64,000 nucleotides of DNA. Origin: Podarcis vaucheri (taxonomy: Eukaryota). The DNA is taken from the NCBI GenBank assembly GCA_965113315.1, contig OZ220372.1. One strand, 5' to 3'. This document shows, in pieces, positions 1 through 13,074 of this stretch. A program made the translations under genes and the position numbers. Within the stretch, counting starts at the first letter, position 1. Every line of letters begins with the position of its first letter. The notes under the pieces are model-generated. The model was not told where the DNA came from, ran no database searches, and saw nothing but the letters and a program-made list of their open reading frames with translations.

Positions 1-1639
1 CAGGGTTTCTCAAAGTAATCAGTACTGACCCCCTAAAGGTTGATGAGACTCTTCAGGGAATGTATAAAGACCCATGGGTCAAAAGGTCATGGTAGAAGTT
101 TCTGAGATACAGTACAAAAAAATTAATTAGGAATTACGAGCCTCGGAAATAAAGGCCGTGGGCATGTACAGAGTGTGCTTCCCTTGCCAATGAGTAACGG
201 TGAGCGATTGTTAATAAATATCAATTATATCTTGATCTCTTTGGATCTTATTTCATTTACATTACAAAGAATTTGGGATGGGGTTGATGACGGCTTTATA
301 AGCTCATCAATGAGTCAATGAACTCAGAGGTTTGGGAAATCTTGTTGTAGAGACAATACTGAGCTCAATGAACCAGCCGTCTGACTCAGTATAAAGCAAC
401 TTCCTATATGGAGAAATGCTTTTTCACTGCCATGTTAGACTGGTCAGAGACACACCCCTTTCTGACACTGAGGTTTCTCCCCCCCCCCTTATGGCAATTC
501 ATAAGAATTCAGACTGAGCTTCAGTTAAAGGGTTTGGGTCTCCATTCTTTCCGCCATGTTATATCTGACAGATAACCCTCTTTCTACGTCTAGTGGGTGC
601 GAAGCTGAAATATTAAATACAGACATTCAAAGGCAGGACCTTTGGGTTATATCCATTCTTTAGTTTGTCTCTGTGATGACAGAGAATAGCTCCCATCGGA
701 ACCTTTTCCTCTGTCTATCAAACCACCTCCTCTTCCTAAGTCTTCTGCCTGCAGTACAACTCAAACAAAATGGCTTCCTCAAAGAATTAAAATGGAGAAA
801 TGTGGCAGACCGTAAATTAGATTCCTAAGGCTTGGCACTGGTTGATTTGTCCTGAAAAGAAAAGCCTTGCTAGATCAGGCCATAAGCTCATTTATTCTAG
901 CATCTTATACTCACAGTGGCCATCCAGATTTCTCCGAAAAGCCAGCAAACAGGACCCGGGTGCCACGGCGATTCCCAGCAACTGTCCTGCCTACATATAA
1001 ATTTCTCCCAGTCTAAGTATTTAGCCATCATTCCCATAATGCTTCACTGGTATGTGGACTTAAACGCTTTGCTGAACCTGATTAAGATTTTGGAAAGATG
1101 TGTACGCCACTCACCTGACTCTTCCTATACACATTTCCTACTTTATCCACCAATCATCATCATAATACTGCTGGTACCTAGCTGATTTAACCCAACTGAC
1201 TGTTGTTGTGACATACAGACAAGTTGACTGTAGTTCAGTCCTAGGCAGGGAATCCTTTGAAATATTCCATTTAGCCATTCAGTTAAAGGTTCTCCTTTTT
1301 CTCTGTAGCTTTTATTTTTAAATTTGCGGGAATACCTGTGTATATTAATTTTCTTGCTGTTTGTCAAATGGTGGCTCGAGGGATTCTTTGACTCATTTTT
1401 GCTGTGGATAGATTTGTAGTAAACCTACCTGGGCAGGTATCTCATTAAGCTCAATGGGACTTACATCTCAGCAGGACTTACCATAACAGCCCAACCCTTA
1501 TCATGTCTGCTCAGAAGTGTGTCCCATTGAACTCAGTAGGGCTTTCTCTAGGGGAAGTGGACAGACGATTGCCGCCTAAAGAGCCTGTTGCAACATAAAC
1601 CAATAAGGAAACCTGTGTCTCTACTGCATTGGTAACAGT

Positions 1640-1785
1640 CAGTGGCGTAGCGTGGGTTGTCAGCACCGGGGCAAGGCAAGTAATTTGCGCCCCCTAACCC
1701 GTGGATTTGCGCCCCCTAACCCTAACCCCCAGATGTTGCGCCTGGTGCGGCTGGCCCCCCCTGCACCCCCCACGCTATGCCACTG
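1640..1785. mobile_element. hAT-type (Tip100-like) non-autonomous DNA transposon
   Basis: TIRs CAGTGGCGTAGCGTGGG / CCCACGCTATGCCACTG; perfect 8-bp TSD GTAACAGT at 1632-1639 and 1786-1793. Confidence 0.85.
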
Positions 1786-2346
1786 GTAACAGTAGCACAT
1801 ACATCTGTGTAATGCCTTGGTCTCTGTTGTCAGAGAGGAGCAGACTGAGTGTCAACAAAGGTTAGTTATAATTGTCTGCATGTACTTTCTTATGTAGTCC
1901 CAGTCAGAATCCATTCCTTTCGCCCCAGCCCTTATTTGATGTGATTTTTCAGCACTGCAAATGTTTAACTGTTCCACAAATGTAAGGATTCAGTTATTAT
2001 AAAATCTTTTAACCTGTGTAGGAAAAAATCCAACTAGCAAACAAATATCTGAAATATATAAATTATGGTGGAGGGAGGCAAAACAACAACATTTTTTGCG
2101 TGCTGTCCACTTCCCTAACAAGCTACAAGCTCAGTGATGGTGTAAGGTTGCAGTCCCTGCCTTTTAAACCCTTCTCTAGTTAGTCTGATATGTGAATCAC
2201 TAAACAGAATGACGATATCTTTGGATCTCAATATCCTTTAACTCATTTACTGCATTTGATTAGCTGCATCATTTAATTACTGCATCATTAGCTGCATTTA
2301 CTTTCATTGTTCTTATATTATTATATTTGTCTTATTAATGTCTTAT

Positions 2347-2477
2347 TAGCTCCGCTAGTAGACCATGAGACTTTTCGTCTCAGGGTTGTGGGTTTGAGTC
2401 CCACGTTGGGCAAAAGATGTGTGCATTGCCAGGGGTTGGACTAGATGACCCTTGTAGCCCCTACAATTCTATGATTA
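2347..2477 (+). mobile_element. SINE with tRNA-Lys-derived head and CR1-like tail
   Basis: Head resembles tRNA-Lys(CTT) (...CATGAGACT...TCTCAGGGTTGTGGGTTTGAGTCCCACGTTGGGC). Tail tgcattgccaggggttggactagatgaccctt...attctatgatt is CR1 3'-end-like. Confidence 0.75.
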
Positions 2478-5436
2478 TTTGATATCTTTAACACATTTAG
2501 ACCACAATTCTAAATTTACTTATTAGTGGCCTGGATGAGGCTCACTGAATGTAATGGAACTTATTTCAAAGTTTAGGATGGATCTGAACTGTGGATACAG
2601 GTATTTTCATGGGTCTGCTAATGCACTCCCTACAGTGAAGAGAGCTGGATGCTACCTTATGCTTGCTTTTTGTACTAAAAAGTGCTTATGAAAGCTCATC
2701 ATTTAAGGCAGAGGTCTGGATAATATTCAGCTCCCTTTTAGCCTTAGGTCCCTTGGTATTTGCCCTGCATGCATAGTTCTGGTTTTAGGAGTGTATTCAC
2801 AGCATGTCCCAGTGGCTTCCACGAGGACAACCCATGGGCCAAATCAACATGGCTGCCTTGTGAAAAAAAAGGGAGGGGGGGAAACACCACCAATGTACGC
2901 CTTTACTTGTTTAGCCTTGTTTGCTTTTGCTAACAGAGACTTCCTTGTGTCTCTCGCCACTAACATGGCTCTACACGCTTTCCTCATTTTTTAAATACTC
3001 TGCTGCCGCCAACGCTTCAAAATCAGCAGAAATATTTTAAAATAAATACTACACCAAAATACACTTACACTTTTTTTTTTTTAAAAAAAAGAACTTTCCT
3101 AAGAAGGAAAACTGAAATGCAACTTTACTTTGCAGTTCTGATGTGGCAGCATATGACCCTTTAGAATGAAGTTCGTCTTCCTGGGCTCTGTTGCGTGGAA
3201 AGGCAGTATACTACTACTAATCTATTATTGTCACTATTATTTTGATTCTACACACACACATATATAAATCAGAGAGGTCACGCCATTTAGCAAATACTAT
3301 GGTTCTGCGACTTCCACTCCTTTCATTGTGGCTTGGGTAGGTTTGTGGGTTTTTTTGCGTAAGTGGCAAGTTTCAAATAATAGGGGCTGCACAGTGGCAC
3401 CATGCCTGGTGGATCGCTCCCAAAAAGAGTCCATTGTTGTTGTTCCACTTGAGTTGGGAAGGGTAAGAGATAGCAAGCAAAATATAAGAGTTCCAGAGCT
3501 CTGATTTGCCACTAGAGGGTCTTATCTGTCTCCCCCCGATGCTGCTTTGGTATGTTACAGCAGCAGTGCTACAATTACATTTTAAAGAAGGGGGTGGATA
3601 AAATGTATTTGCTGGATATTACTGGACTCCAGTTTCTATTAATGGTGACCATTGGTCATGTTGGCTGGAGCTGGTGGAAGTTGGAATTCAACAATGAATG
3701 GAGGACTACAGCTTCACCACCCCTTGTTTTAGAGGAATGAAAAAGATGGTGGGAGGAAGGAAAGATGGGGGCCGGGGAGAGAAATGGTGGAATTGTATAT
3801 AAGTAAGTCTCATGTTGCACAGGTTGGTCCTAGGTCCAGGAGAGTGGATGGATGACATTCTACAGACATTGTTTCAGGCTGTTTTCACTCATGACATGAG
3901 GTTTAAAATGTGAGTGGAAAACTTGCACTTGGCCAGAATGACAACCGCCTCTCCTCTGCATTATATTCTGCATTGAGAACAAACAAACAGGCAAGAGAGA
4001 TGTAAAGGTATTTAAGCCGCAGATATGAAAAAACTTACAGCACCAGGTTCGGGAACTGGGATCAAATGGTGACTGGCGCCTTGGTGCCACCAAAAGCTGA
4101 TGCATTAAAGTCAAATGATGAATCACTTTGGCAAAATATAAATACCACTTGCTCCTCTTATTTTGACCTATGGCGTGGTTGTTGCTCTGCTTGTGCTGTT
4201 AGTAGTTTCCACATCCTTCTCTTTCTGTGACTACATTCTGTGGCAAAAACAGGAGCTCCAAACAAATTTTTATTTTAAAGATTTATTAGGCTCCACAGAA
4301 GCCTTTCTTTCCCCCTTCAAGGAATGCAAAACTATTGCCTGAATTTCCAGATTTCTGTTGTTTTAAGGGACACCCAAGAACATTACAGTCCCGCAAAACA
4401 TAGCAAATACTGTTGCACTCATGCCTGCTTGCAGGCTTCCAGTGGGCATATTTTTGGCCACCGTGAGAACTGGAGGCAGGATTAGATGGGCCTTTAGTTT
4501 GATCCAGCATGGCTCTTCTTACATTTTAACAACAAGGCTGTTTAGAAACCATATCTTGCATAAATCATAATGCACGTCCTTTGTTTCCAACCCCATAGTT
4601 CCAAAACATTCCTTATTCCTGAAATGTTGATCTGTCAGTCCAGTCCTGCAATACATGCTCCTCAGATGCAAAATGATTATAGAATGACATTGATCCCTTT
4701 ATCACGACTGCCAAAGAAGAATGCTAGTGTCCGGAAGATAGGAATCATACTTCCTCTCCATTTTAAAGTATCTTCCATGAAAGATGTTTCCCTGGGTGAA
4801 AGCCAGGGAGCTGTAGTTTGCTTCAAATGTGCCCACGCTTCTCTTCCTCTATCCTCCGCATGTGCGCACACATATGCACCCGCACCAAAGTCAGTCACTG
4901 CACTATGGGAACCGCTGTCTATAGAGATCGACATCAAGGGGCAGGGCATTATTCATTGTGGTAATATCTGCACATCAACACGACCTGGGAGTTCACTGGG
5001 GGAAGGAAAACCTGCAATTAGTACTACCAAATACACTTAGAATTGTAAAGATAGGCAGCACATTAAAATTGCAATGTGCTTTAGGTCATCTTTCCCACAA
5101 TAAGCCTATATGTTTTGTTTTATGGTAGGGTAGCCTTACATACATACCTCTGTTTGGAAGGGCAGTCAGAAGACAGCCCTCTATTTGAAGAGTTGTTGTT
5201 GTTGTATTTCTATAGCACCCTTTATCCGAGGATCACAGGACAGTTTACAATTTGAAAACACCGGAAATACATAATGGAGAAACAAACAAATCTGCCCCAT
5301 GTTTGGTTTAAATATATGTAACTATAGAAAGGGAGATCAGGAGCTTAGAAGCCACTCATCACAATTAGCCACACCTGGTCAGTAAAAAAGCAGGCATACC
5401 AGTCACTTGGTGTCTTCCCCACTATAGTGTGATGTA

Positions 5437-5650
5437 CAGTGGTACCTCGGGTTACAGACGCTTCAGGTTACAGACTCCGCTAACCCAGAAATAGTACCTC
5501 GGGTTAAGAACTTTGCTTCAGGATGAGAACAGAAATTGGGCGGTGGCAGTGGGAGGCCCCATTAGCTAAAGTGGTCTTCAGGTTAAGAACAGTTTCAGGT
5601 TAAGAACGGACCTCCAGGACGAATTAAGTTCTTAACCTGAGGTACCACTG
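5437..5650. mobile_element. Tc1/mariner (Tigger/pogo-like) MITE
   Basis: TIRs CAGTGGTACCTC / GAGGTACCACTG; TA TSD on both sides. Confidence 0.88.
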
Positions 5651-7572
5651 TATTGTAGTTCTTCTTAAATTATAGAAATTATTTCTAGAGCCATGTCTAT
5701 AGATATGAATTTCGTTATGTGAATGTTATGCAAAGTGATCTCTTTTTTGTCCATGCAAATCCTCTTTTTTGGCAGTCCGTAACTGGCCACACTATTTTAC
5801 TGATGAGGAGCTGGGAGTGACTTATCCAATACCCCCTCCCTCGCTGCATAAACACACCAGGTCTGTAGCTGAGTTGAGCTTTAACTAAATAGATCTCTCA
5901 GCTACTGGGCCCTGCTGGTTCTTAAAGGCAAAGGCCAGTTACTTCATCCACGATTAATTTCCTTCACAGATGTATATTTTACTTAGGAAATCACATGCAC
6001 ATTCCTCAAGAGTCCATTTTCTTAAGTGAGGAACGCACATGTAGCAAAGCAGTTGTGTTGCATTCATTACAAGTTACAGCGCACATGTGGGTTACATGTA
6101 ATTCGCTTCAGAAAAAGTATGTGCAGCCTGTGTCTCTATTTTGCATGGCAATGTACATATATTTGGAATCCTTGCCTTCTCGTGTGCCTTCTTCTCTTTG
6201 CTCGTGATTTTGCCGAGAACCTGTTTGTCTTGTGAAATGTTGCTGTCAGGCAGTGTAGTAATTGGGGTCGCTGTACACTGACAGGATCAACAGTTGCACG
6301 GGCATCGGCAGGCTTGTGAGCATGGCAGAATAAATCTGAGTGAAGCACACTCAACTGCTATCCGTCCCGTGGGCAAGTCATGATAAAACCACACCTCTGG
6401 GAGACATAGTGGTTTGCTGATTACTCTCCCACTGCTTTGTTGTGTGCCTTCCCCATATGCTATAAGGCTTACAATGTGCCTTACGTTTTAATCGTATTCA
6501 GCTGAGTCCTACTCCAAGTAGATTTAATAGAATTAATGAACCTACATTAGTCGTGTCCATTACTTTCGATGGGTCTACTCTGAGTAGGACAAGCTTTGAA
6601 TACCCCCCATCACAATTATTGTTGACAATGTGAAGGGCAATTACAAGGGAATCAGACTCTGTGGCAACATCCATGATGCTAATGGCTTCATTTTCATGCT
6701 GTAATTAATCGGTCTAATTAATTCCCAGTTATTTATCTCCTTTGTTAAGAATAGCTGTTTTACAGACTACAAAGCATGTTGTCTTCTCATGGTGCTCCAT
6801 TTTACTGCTGGCTCTTCCGGTGGTAACTGAGGCTGAAATCCTAACCCTGTTTACCTGGGAGTAAGCTGCATTGAATTCAGTGGAACTTACTTCTGAGTAG
6901 ACATTGTATGGGTTGCAGCCTAAATCAACAGGACCACTCTTCACAGGCTACACCTTGGCTTAAGCTCAAGGTCACCAGGACTCAGCCCTGTAACAAAATT
7001 TTAGAACTGCTCAACTGTGGAATATATGGAATTATAAATGCATATGTCTTGATGTATTTTTAATCTTTGTAATCGCTTGTAAGCTGCTGTGGAAAAAATA
7101 TATATTTTGAAATGTGGGATAACAACAACAACCAACAGCAGCCGCAATGTGAAATGTTAAGGTCCTACGGCACGGCTTTCAGGGTCAGCTTCAGTTGTAA
7201 CTTCTAGAAATGAACCCCTAGATGCAGCAAGGAGAAAAAGGAATTAGAGACCTCCACCCTAGTTACGGTGCTTCTAGATTATCACTATTTTAGGGCAGGA
7301 TTCAATCACATACAAGGAAATTCAAGTTGTACGGTTATCACTGACTCGGACTTAGGCAGGTCTTTCACAACAAATCCACTCCCCGTCCCCTGCAAAATCT
7401 GACTTCTTTGCGAAAAGGAAAATGATGAGTAAATAGAATCATAGAATGCGCTGGAAAGTGTGCTATAATACTTGCTTTGATACGGTGTCAGCTAACCTCC
7501 TTGTAAACAAATCAAAATGAATGCTCAATAAACAGGCTGTTTGGAAGCACCCTTAAATAAAGAAGCTACAAG

Positions 7573-7574
<2 letters not shown>

Positions 7575-7619
<45 letters not shown>
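7575..7619. repeat. (GT)n microsatellite
   Basis: About 22 GT units. Confidence 0.97.
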
Positions 7620-7624
<5 letters not shown>

Positions 7625-8361
7625 ATACGTGTTTCTTTCCACTTGTCGGCTTGCCACCTAATGATCCAGTTTCCCAGCTGAATGTGTCATCTGTCTCTAT
7701 TATAAAGTATTATTTTTGTCGTTGTTGTTGTAATCCTTCTCAGAAAATGTGGAAATTTAGGCTGCTGGGGTTAATCTGTGATAGACGATTCAAACATGCA
7801 GGTTATCACTGGATATTTCCGCTAACAATAATGCTTCATTGGGAGCTTAAATGCAGCGGAAATTAAACTGCTGCCCCCCACTCTGCTATTTTGCCAACTT
7901 TGGTGAGGCTAATTATATAGAGTTGATTTTTTTTTAAAAAAATATATGCATCAACCTAGAGTAATTTTGAAATTGAATCTAGCTGGTTAGTTTACGCTTT
8001 TCAACATCTTCCTGTAAATAACAAAAATCGGTATCCTGTGCCTCAGACTGAATGCCAGGAAATTGCTGGAGCCAGGATAGCTGCCAAATTCACTTGGCCT
8101 TCCCTAGGGCGGGGTGTGTGTGTGACCTGTGGACCACAACTCCCATCATCTGGCCATGCTGCCTGGGGCTGATGGAAGTTGGAGTCCAATGAAATCTGAT
8201 AGTTCTCTACCCTGCCATAAGGAAACCCGAATTCTTCTAACTTAGTCAAATCCTAGAATGATACCCTTAAGGATGATTCCAGGTGGGTATCTATTGTGGG
8301 GCAGGTTATCGTTAGGCATACATTTTTTGCAGCACTTTCACAACTTCATAGGCATCAAGAG

Positions 8362-8520
8362 GTCTCTGTGGCGCAATGGATAAGTGTGTCTTGCTGTTGG
8401 CCAGAAGGTTGGTGGTTCAAGCCCTCTCAGGGGTGACTAGGGGCAGAATTCCTGCATTGCAAGGAGGTTGAACTCGAAGGCCCTCAGGGTCCCTTCCAAC
8501 TCTACAGTTTTATGATTCTA
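8362..8520 (+). mobile_element. SINE with tRNA-Asn-derived head and CR1-like tail
   Basis: Head GTCTCTGTGGCGCAATGG...GCTGTT...AAGGTTGGTGGTTCAAGCCC is a decayed tRNA-Asn(GTT). Tail ttcctgcattgcaaggaggttgaact...cccttccaactctacagttttatgattcta. Confidence 0.75.
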
Positions 8521-9377
8521 TCCCATATCCCCCACTTTCATCTGGATTTACCTTTCCGGTAAGAACTCACAAAGTTAAGGCAACTTATTTGAATACAATA
8601 TTAAGTCTGAATCTGGAAGCACTCTTAAGTCTGAAAGGATGATCATAGGCATGACTATTCAGAAGTCAGTCCACTTAGTTGAGTTGAACTTAAAGAGTAG
8701 TTGAAGAGTAGGCTGAAGACAGTCAAAACTGTGAGATGGAGGGAGAAACGGGGACAACTGCCAATACTCAATGGTGTCAGACCTATGGGAATTGAAGTCG
8801 TGGCTTTCATACATGCACACATGCATGTAGGGTATCTACAGACATTCTCCCAAAAAGCCTGTAAACAGGAGCCTCGCCCTTTTGGAAGCAAGACAAAACA
8901 ATTATCAGTATCTGGCATAATGCAGCAGGAGATCAAACTTGTTTCGCTGCTTGAAAAATGCAACGCCAAGATACTGGTGTCCGCAGCAGCACCCTCTACT
9001 GGACAAGAAGTCAAATAACAAACAATTGGTCACAGGAACGAGCCGCAGAGGTGTAGCTGTTGTTGCCACAAAGGGGAAAAAGAGGGAGGGAGGAGAGTGT
9101 TGAGGCACATTAAACACAAATTAATTTATTGCTACATGAATTTATGAAACAAGTGAGATGAACCAAGGCACATTAGAAATACTCCCTGAAGCGCCTTCGT
9201 TTCAGTTGAGCGTGCCCAAGAATTTCAGTAAGCAATCTGGTCATAAAGAGATGTTAACTTTGGAGGCATATATACACACGAAACATATATCCGTATTATA
9301 GCAGTTTAAAGGTTTTCCCAGACAGTCCTTGGGAGATGTAGTTTAGTGAAGGTTCTGATAATTATGTTAGAAATCCA

Positions 9378-9750
9378 TAGGCATGGACAAGTCTATTTGG
9401 TTTCTCAGTATTAAGTTCAATTCTCCACATTTTCACATCTGTTTTCTTTTCATTAAAGAAGCTCTTGTGAAAATTCGCCTGCATGTTTGTGCCATTTCCC
9501 CCCTAATATACACAATTTTGCAAAACAATTTCCCCCGATATAATGCATTTTTGTACGTTGTTTTCACAAACATATGCAGTCGTATGCACACTTTATCCTA
9601 GTATGCAAACGTTGCCTGGATGCAGAACTGCATTGCAAAATTCAGAGAAGTGAGAACTCGGAAGGGTTGTTGTGTTTCAGTTTGTGTGCTGTTTCAGAAA
9701 GTGTGAATAAGGCAGATTCACCTTGAAGTACAAACTGAATTGAGCTTCTT
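9378..9750 (+). repeat. Unclassified dispersed repeat (related copy at about 21877-22262)
   Basis: Both copies share colinear blocks such as taatatacac..ttttgcaaa.caat, aatgcattttt and gcattgcaaaattc.ga.aa.tg. Confidence 0.55.
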
Positions 9751-10489
9751 CCGCAAACCCCTCTCCCATCGCTAGAGATTCCTATGATCCTCATAGGACT
9801 ATGGTTCACAGGAAAGGGGGGGGGGTTACTTGTTAACCCATTCTATGCCTGTAAATAATAGGCCCTCAGATTGAGCCTTTCCATACAATAACTCAAAGTG
9901 TGCCCTGGCCACATTTCACCTGTTGTGCAGTACCTGCACAAGTGATGCAACCATCAGCAGTGCCTCAGTATCCCATCTCTGCATCCCAGTTGTAAACATA
10001 ACAAGTGTGTTGTGGAAGTGGAATATTTTTTACTGTTTATTGCATCCTCTCTCTCTCTCTCTCTCTCTGAATGCCACAATCACATGCTTCTCTTCATGAT
10101 TTGGGAGAACACAGCTTTCAAACCCAAAACCTAAAATGAAGCATTAAAAAAAACAAAACCCAGACAAACCCCGAAATGGATCTGGCAACCAATAGAATGT
10201 GAGGGAGAGAGGGAGGAGCTGTTTTCTTCCAGAAATGACATCACAGACGGCTGGGCCCAACAGGTGCCTATGACCCTCATGCAATAACAATCCATGTGCT
10301 ACATTGACAAGGGCTATAAATAGTGCCGAGTGTTGTGACACTTGTGACATCGCAAGAACAAAAGCACAGCCTGAGCTTCATGCCCACAGACTGTGCTCCA
10401 CAAATGGCAGATAATTGTAGAAATCTTCCACATTCAGTTCACCTTGCAATTACAGGAACTACTTTCGCACATAGTTCAGAGCTTTTTGA

Positions 10490-10955
10490 ATGAATTTCGC
10501 TAAGCTAAAATAAAGTTTTAAAAGGTGTGATTGGCAAGAACCCACCAACAGCATACAAACTGATACGGCTAACTTGACCCAACAACCCCCCCCCCCATAG
10601 AAAGAAAACTCACAGCAGTCGGCTGAAGGCAACTAACCATACCCTGAGTCCCCAACCACTCTCAACGCCAATGAAAACTAATTACTGAATAGAAAGGGAA
10701 CCTACACATGTGTACCTGACACAGAAATATCACACATACACTATGTAAAAGAATGAAAGTTTACTACCCCCTTTTTCTCTCCCCAGTTTTCTCTCCCTAC
10801 CTCTCTTCTTCCCCAACCTTCTACTGTATGCAGCATCAAAGTCTCATATCGAATATAAATGATCTGAAAAAAGGACTTTATGATCAGAAAACAGAAATGA
10901 TGTATGTACTTTTGTAACCCAAGAAAGTCTTAATAAAAACTTTTTTAAAAAAAAA
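10490..10955 (+). mobile_element. Probable LINE (L1-like) 3' fragment
   Basis: A-rich sense strand ending in AATAAAAAC plus an A-rich tail. The family call comes from recollection of squamate L1 3' ends. Confidence 0.4.
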
Positions 10956-11208
10956 AGAAGAAGAAGATGTTCGTGGCTTTGAATAAAATTGATGCTTCCT
11001 AAATTCCCAGAATTGGCCTGCATGCCAGGCCTTAGACTGTGAACATGTGAAAAAATATTAAAGGTGCCTTTGAATAAGTATATTTCCCTTAAGTGATAGC
11101 TTCCCCTTTAAGGCAGAATACATGCCTTAGGACTTGCATGTTTATTGTGGCATATGCTTTTATATGTTAGGGTGCCCCTTCGTGATCCTCAGCATGTTGG
11201 TGTACAAA

Positions 11209-11210
<2 letters not shown>

Positions 11211-11250
<40 letters not shown>
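11211..11250. repeat. (TG)20 microsatellite
   Basis: Read directly. Confidence 0.97.
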
Positions 11251-11254
<4 letters not shown>

Positions 11255-12254
11255 TGTATGCAAGTGTGCATATGTCTGTAAGTGTGTGTATATACATGTG
11301 TGCTGTTTTTTTCTCTGGGCACTGGGAAAAAGGAGCCCTTTCTCAGCACTCAAAAAGAGAAAACAGCAAGCTGGCCATGTAGGGAACTTCCTGCAGGGGC
11401 AGATCATTTTGTTTTCCTCTCTGCGAATAAGCATGAAGTGACAGGAGGGGTCTGGGAGGTCTGATCCAGCCTTATAGTTCCCCACCTCTGATGTAGAGAG
11501 CAAAAACTGTCAACAGTGGCATCAAATGGTTAAAAATTATAGCCTGCTGCTCTGCTTATTTTGCATATGCGTTAATTGAATTGTCACAAATGCATTTAAA
11601 AACTTAAATGTACGTATTCAAAATAAGCACAGTTAATTACTCACACCTATAACGAGACAGGAAACCACTGTCTCCATTCAAGTCTGAGTGGATAGCAACT
11701 AACGTTTTTATAAGTTAGCAGATTCATGCTCAAGTCTCTTTAAAGTTCCTTTGGTCTCTCTCTTCTGCATTCGGTGCATGGCAAAATAGGATGTAAAAAG
11801 TCTTTGGGGTGTGTAAATATGGGGGATCCTCTCTCGGAGCAGCATGAAATGAATCCATTGGCTGCCATAGATTTGGGTTTTTTTATTCCATGCCTGCATG
11901 CTAGAGGCAAGAGGCCTATCAAATATAACAGATGAGTTGATGGGATCTCAGCATGTGGATAACAGCTGAATCTTTTTCGGCACACACCGCTCTGAGCAAA
12001 TTGTCCCTTGGAGCAGTGCTTGCAACATCTGCATTGGGTCTGTGCACACATATGCATAGATACAACTGATCTCTTCCCCCACTCTATTCCCTGCCTTAAT
12101 TCTCCTCATTGCTCTCTATGGGACCAATGACTGAGCCCCTCTTATAGCACTGACTCAGCTGTAGCAGACACCGATGAGTAAAGAGGCTTGGCAAAATATA
12201 TCAGCTGCATCCTTTGCAGCCACCCACTAATAGAGCCACTACACTATAGACATA

Positions 12255-12419
12255 CTGTATTTTTCCATGTATAAGACTAGGTTTCCCCCTAAAACATAAT
12301 GTCCAAAATTTGGGGGCATCTTATACACGGATAGATCTCCCCCCATTTTCTTAAATCAGAGTCCCCCAAAACAGAGGGCGTCTTATACATGGGGGCGTCT
12401 TATAGATGGGAAAATACGA
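12255..12419. mobile_element. Tc1/mariner (Tigger-like) MITE
   Basis: Imperfect TIRs CTGTATTTTTCCATGTATAAGAC / GTCTTATAGATGGGAAAATACGA flanked by TA. Confidence 0.7.
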
Positions 12420-12458
12420 TATTTTGGCACGGATGGCCAAGGTGGTGCCCTCCATATG

Positions 12459-12977
12459 CATACCCTCCCACTGCCCTCACAATGCCAGGATCATCACGAA
12501 AACCCTTAAGCCATTACAGCATCTCACTTCCTCACACAGAGTCCCAAATTCCCAAGGGCCCTTCCCTTCAGTACAGCATTTCAATGTGTTACTAGAAGTT
12601 CAGTTCTGTGCACATTTATTAGATGCGCTCAATATGGCGTCACTTCCTGTTTTTATGAAAACAAGTCACCTGAATGCCCCCAAGAAAGTTTTTCTCCGTT
12701 ACCCCGCCCCTCAGACGGTCGGACTCCCATAAAGAAAGTGGAGGGTGGGGGAGCGAAGGGGGTGGGGCCTTCAGCAAGGCCATTGCCATGGCTGCAAGGG
12801 GCGCCACGGGAGCTGAAGAGCAGCCATTATGGTCACTTGGCTCCAGCTTGGTTCATTCGGCCACTGTGTCTGAGTCCATGCCCTAGCCTCTGAGGAGAAG
12901 GAGGCACGGGGGATAGCAATGATGACATTGATGTAGACTGTGTCCCTATTTTCACCTGAGGAATGTTGGAGGGTATG
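12459..12977. mobile_element. Non-autonomous DNA transposon with CATACCCTCC TIRs and an apparent 7-bp TSD
   Basis: TIRs CATACCCTCC / GGAGGGTATG; flanks CCATATG / CCGTATG. Confidence 0.6.
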
Positions 12978-13074
12978 CCGTATGTTGTCAGGCCCCAGCT
13001 CCCATCAACTCCAGCCACTAGCAGTTAGGGAGGATATGAGTTGTAGCATGGTGGTGATGTGGGGGGGGGGAGTA

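Noticed and set aside
2245-2302. Short degenerate repeats of ctgcat(c/t)
   Set aside because: Low-complexity local slippage with no consistent period or structure.
4570-5040. 156-aa ORF in the SOX10 intron, possibly the missing first SOX10 coding exon
   Set aside because: No SoxE dimerisation or HMG motifs (such as KPHVKRPMNAFMVW) and no other homology; that exon must lie upstream of the window.
8362-8435. Functional tRNA-Asn gene (likewise tRNA-Lys at 2347-2412)
   Set aside because: Stems and anticodon loop are mutated and the sequence runs into a CR1-like tail, so these are SINE heads.
11134-11503. ORFs with VCVC/HTHT runs
   Set aside because: Products of the (TG)n microsatellite.
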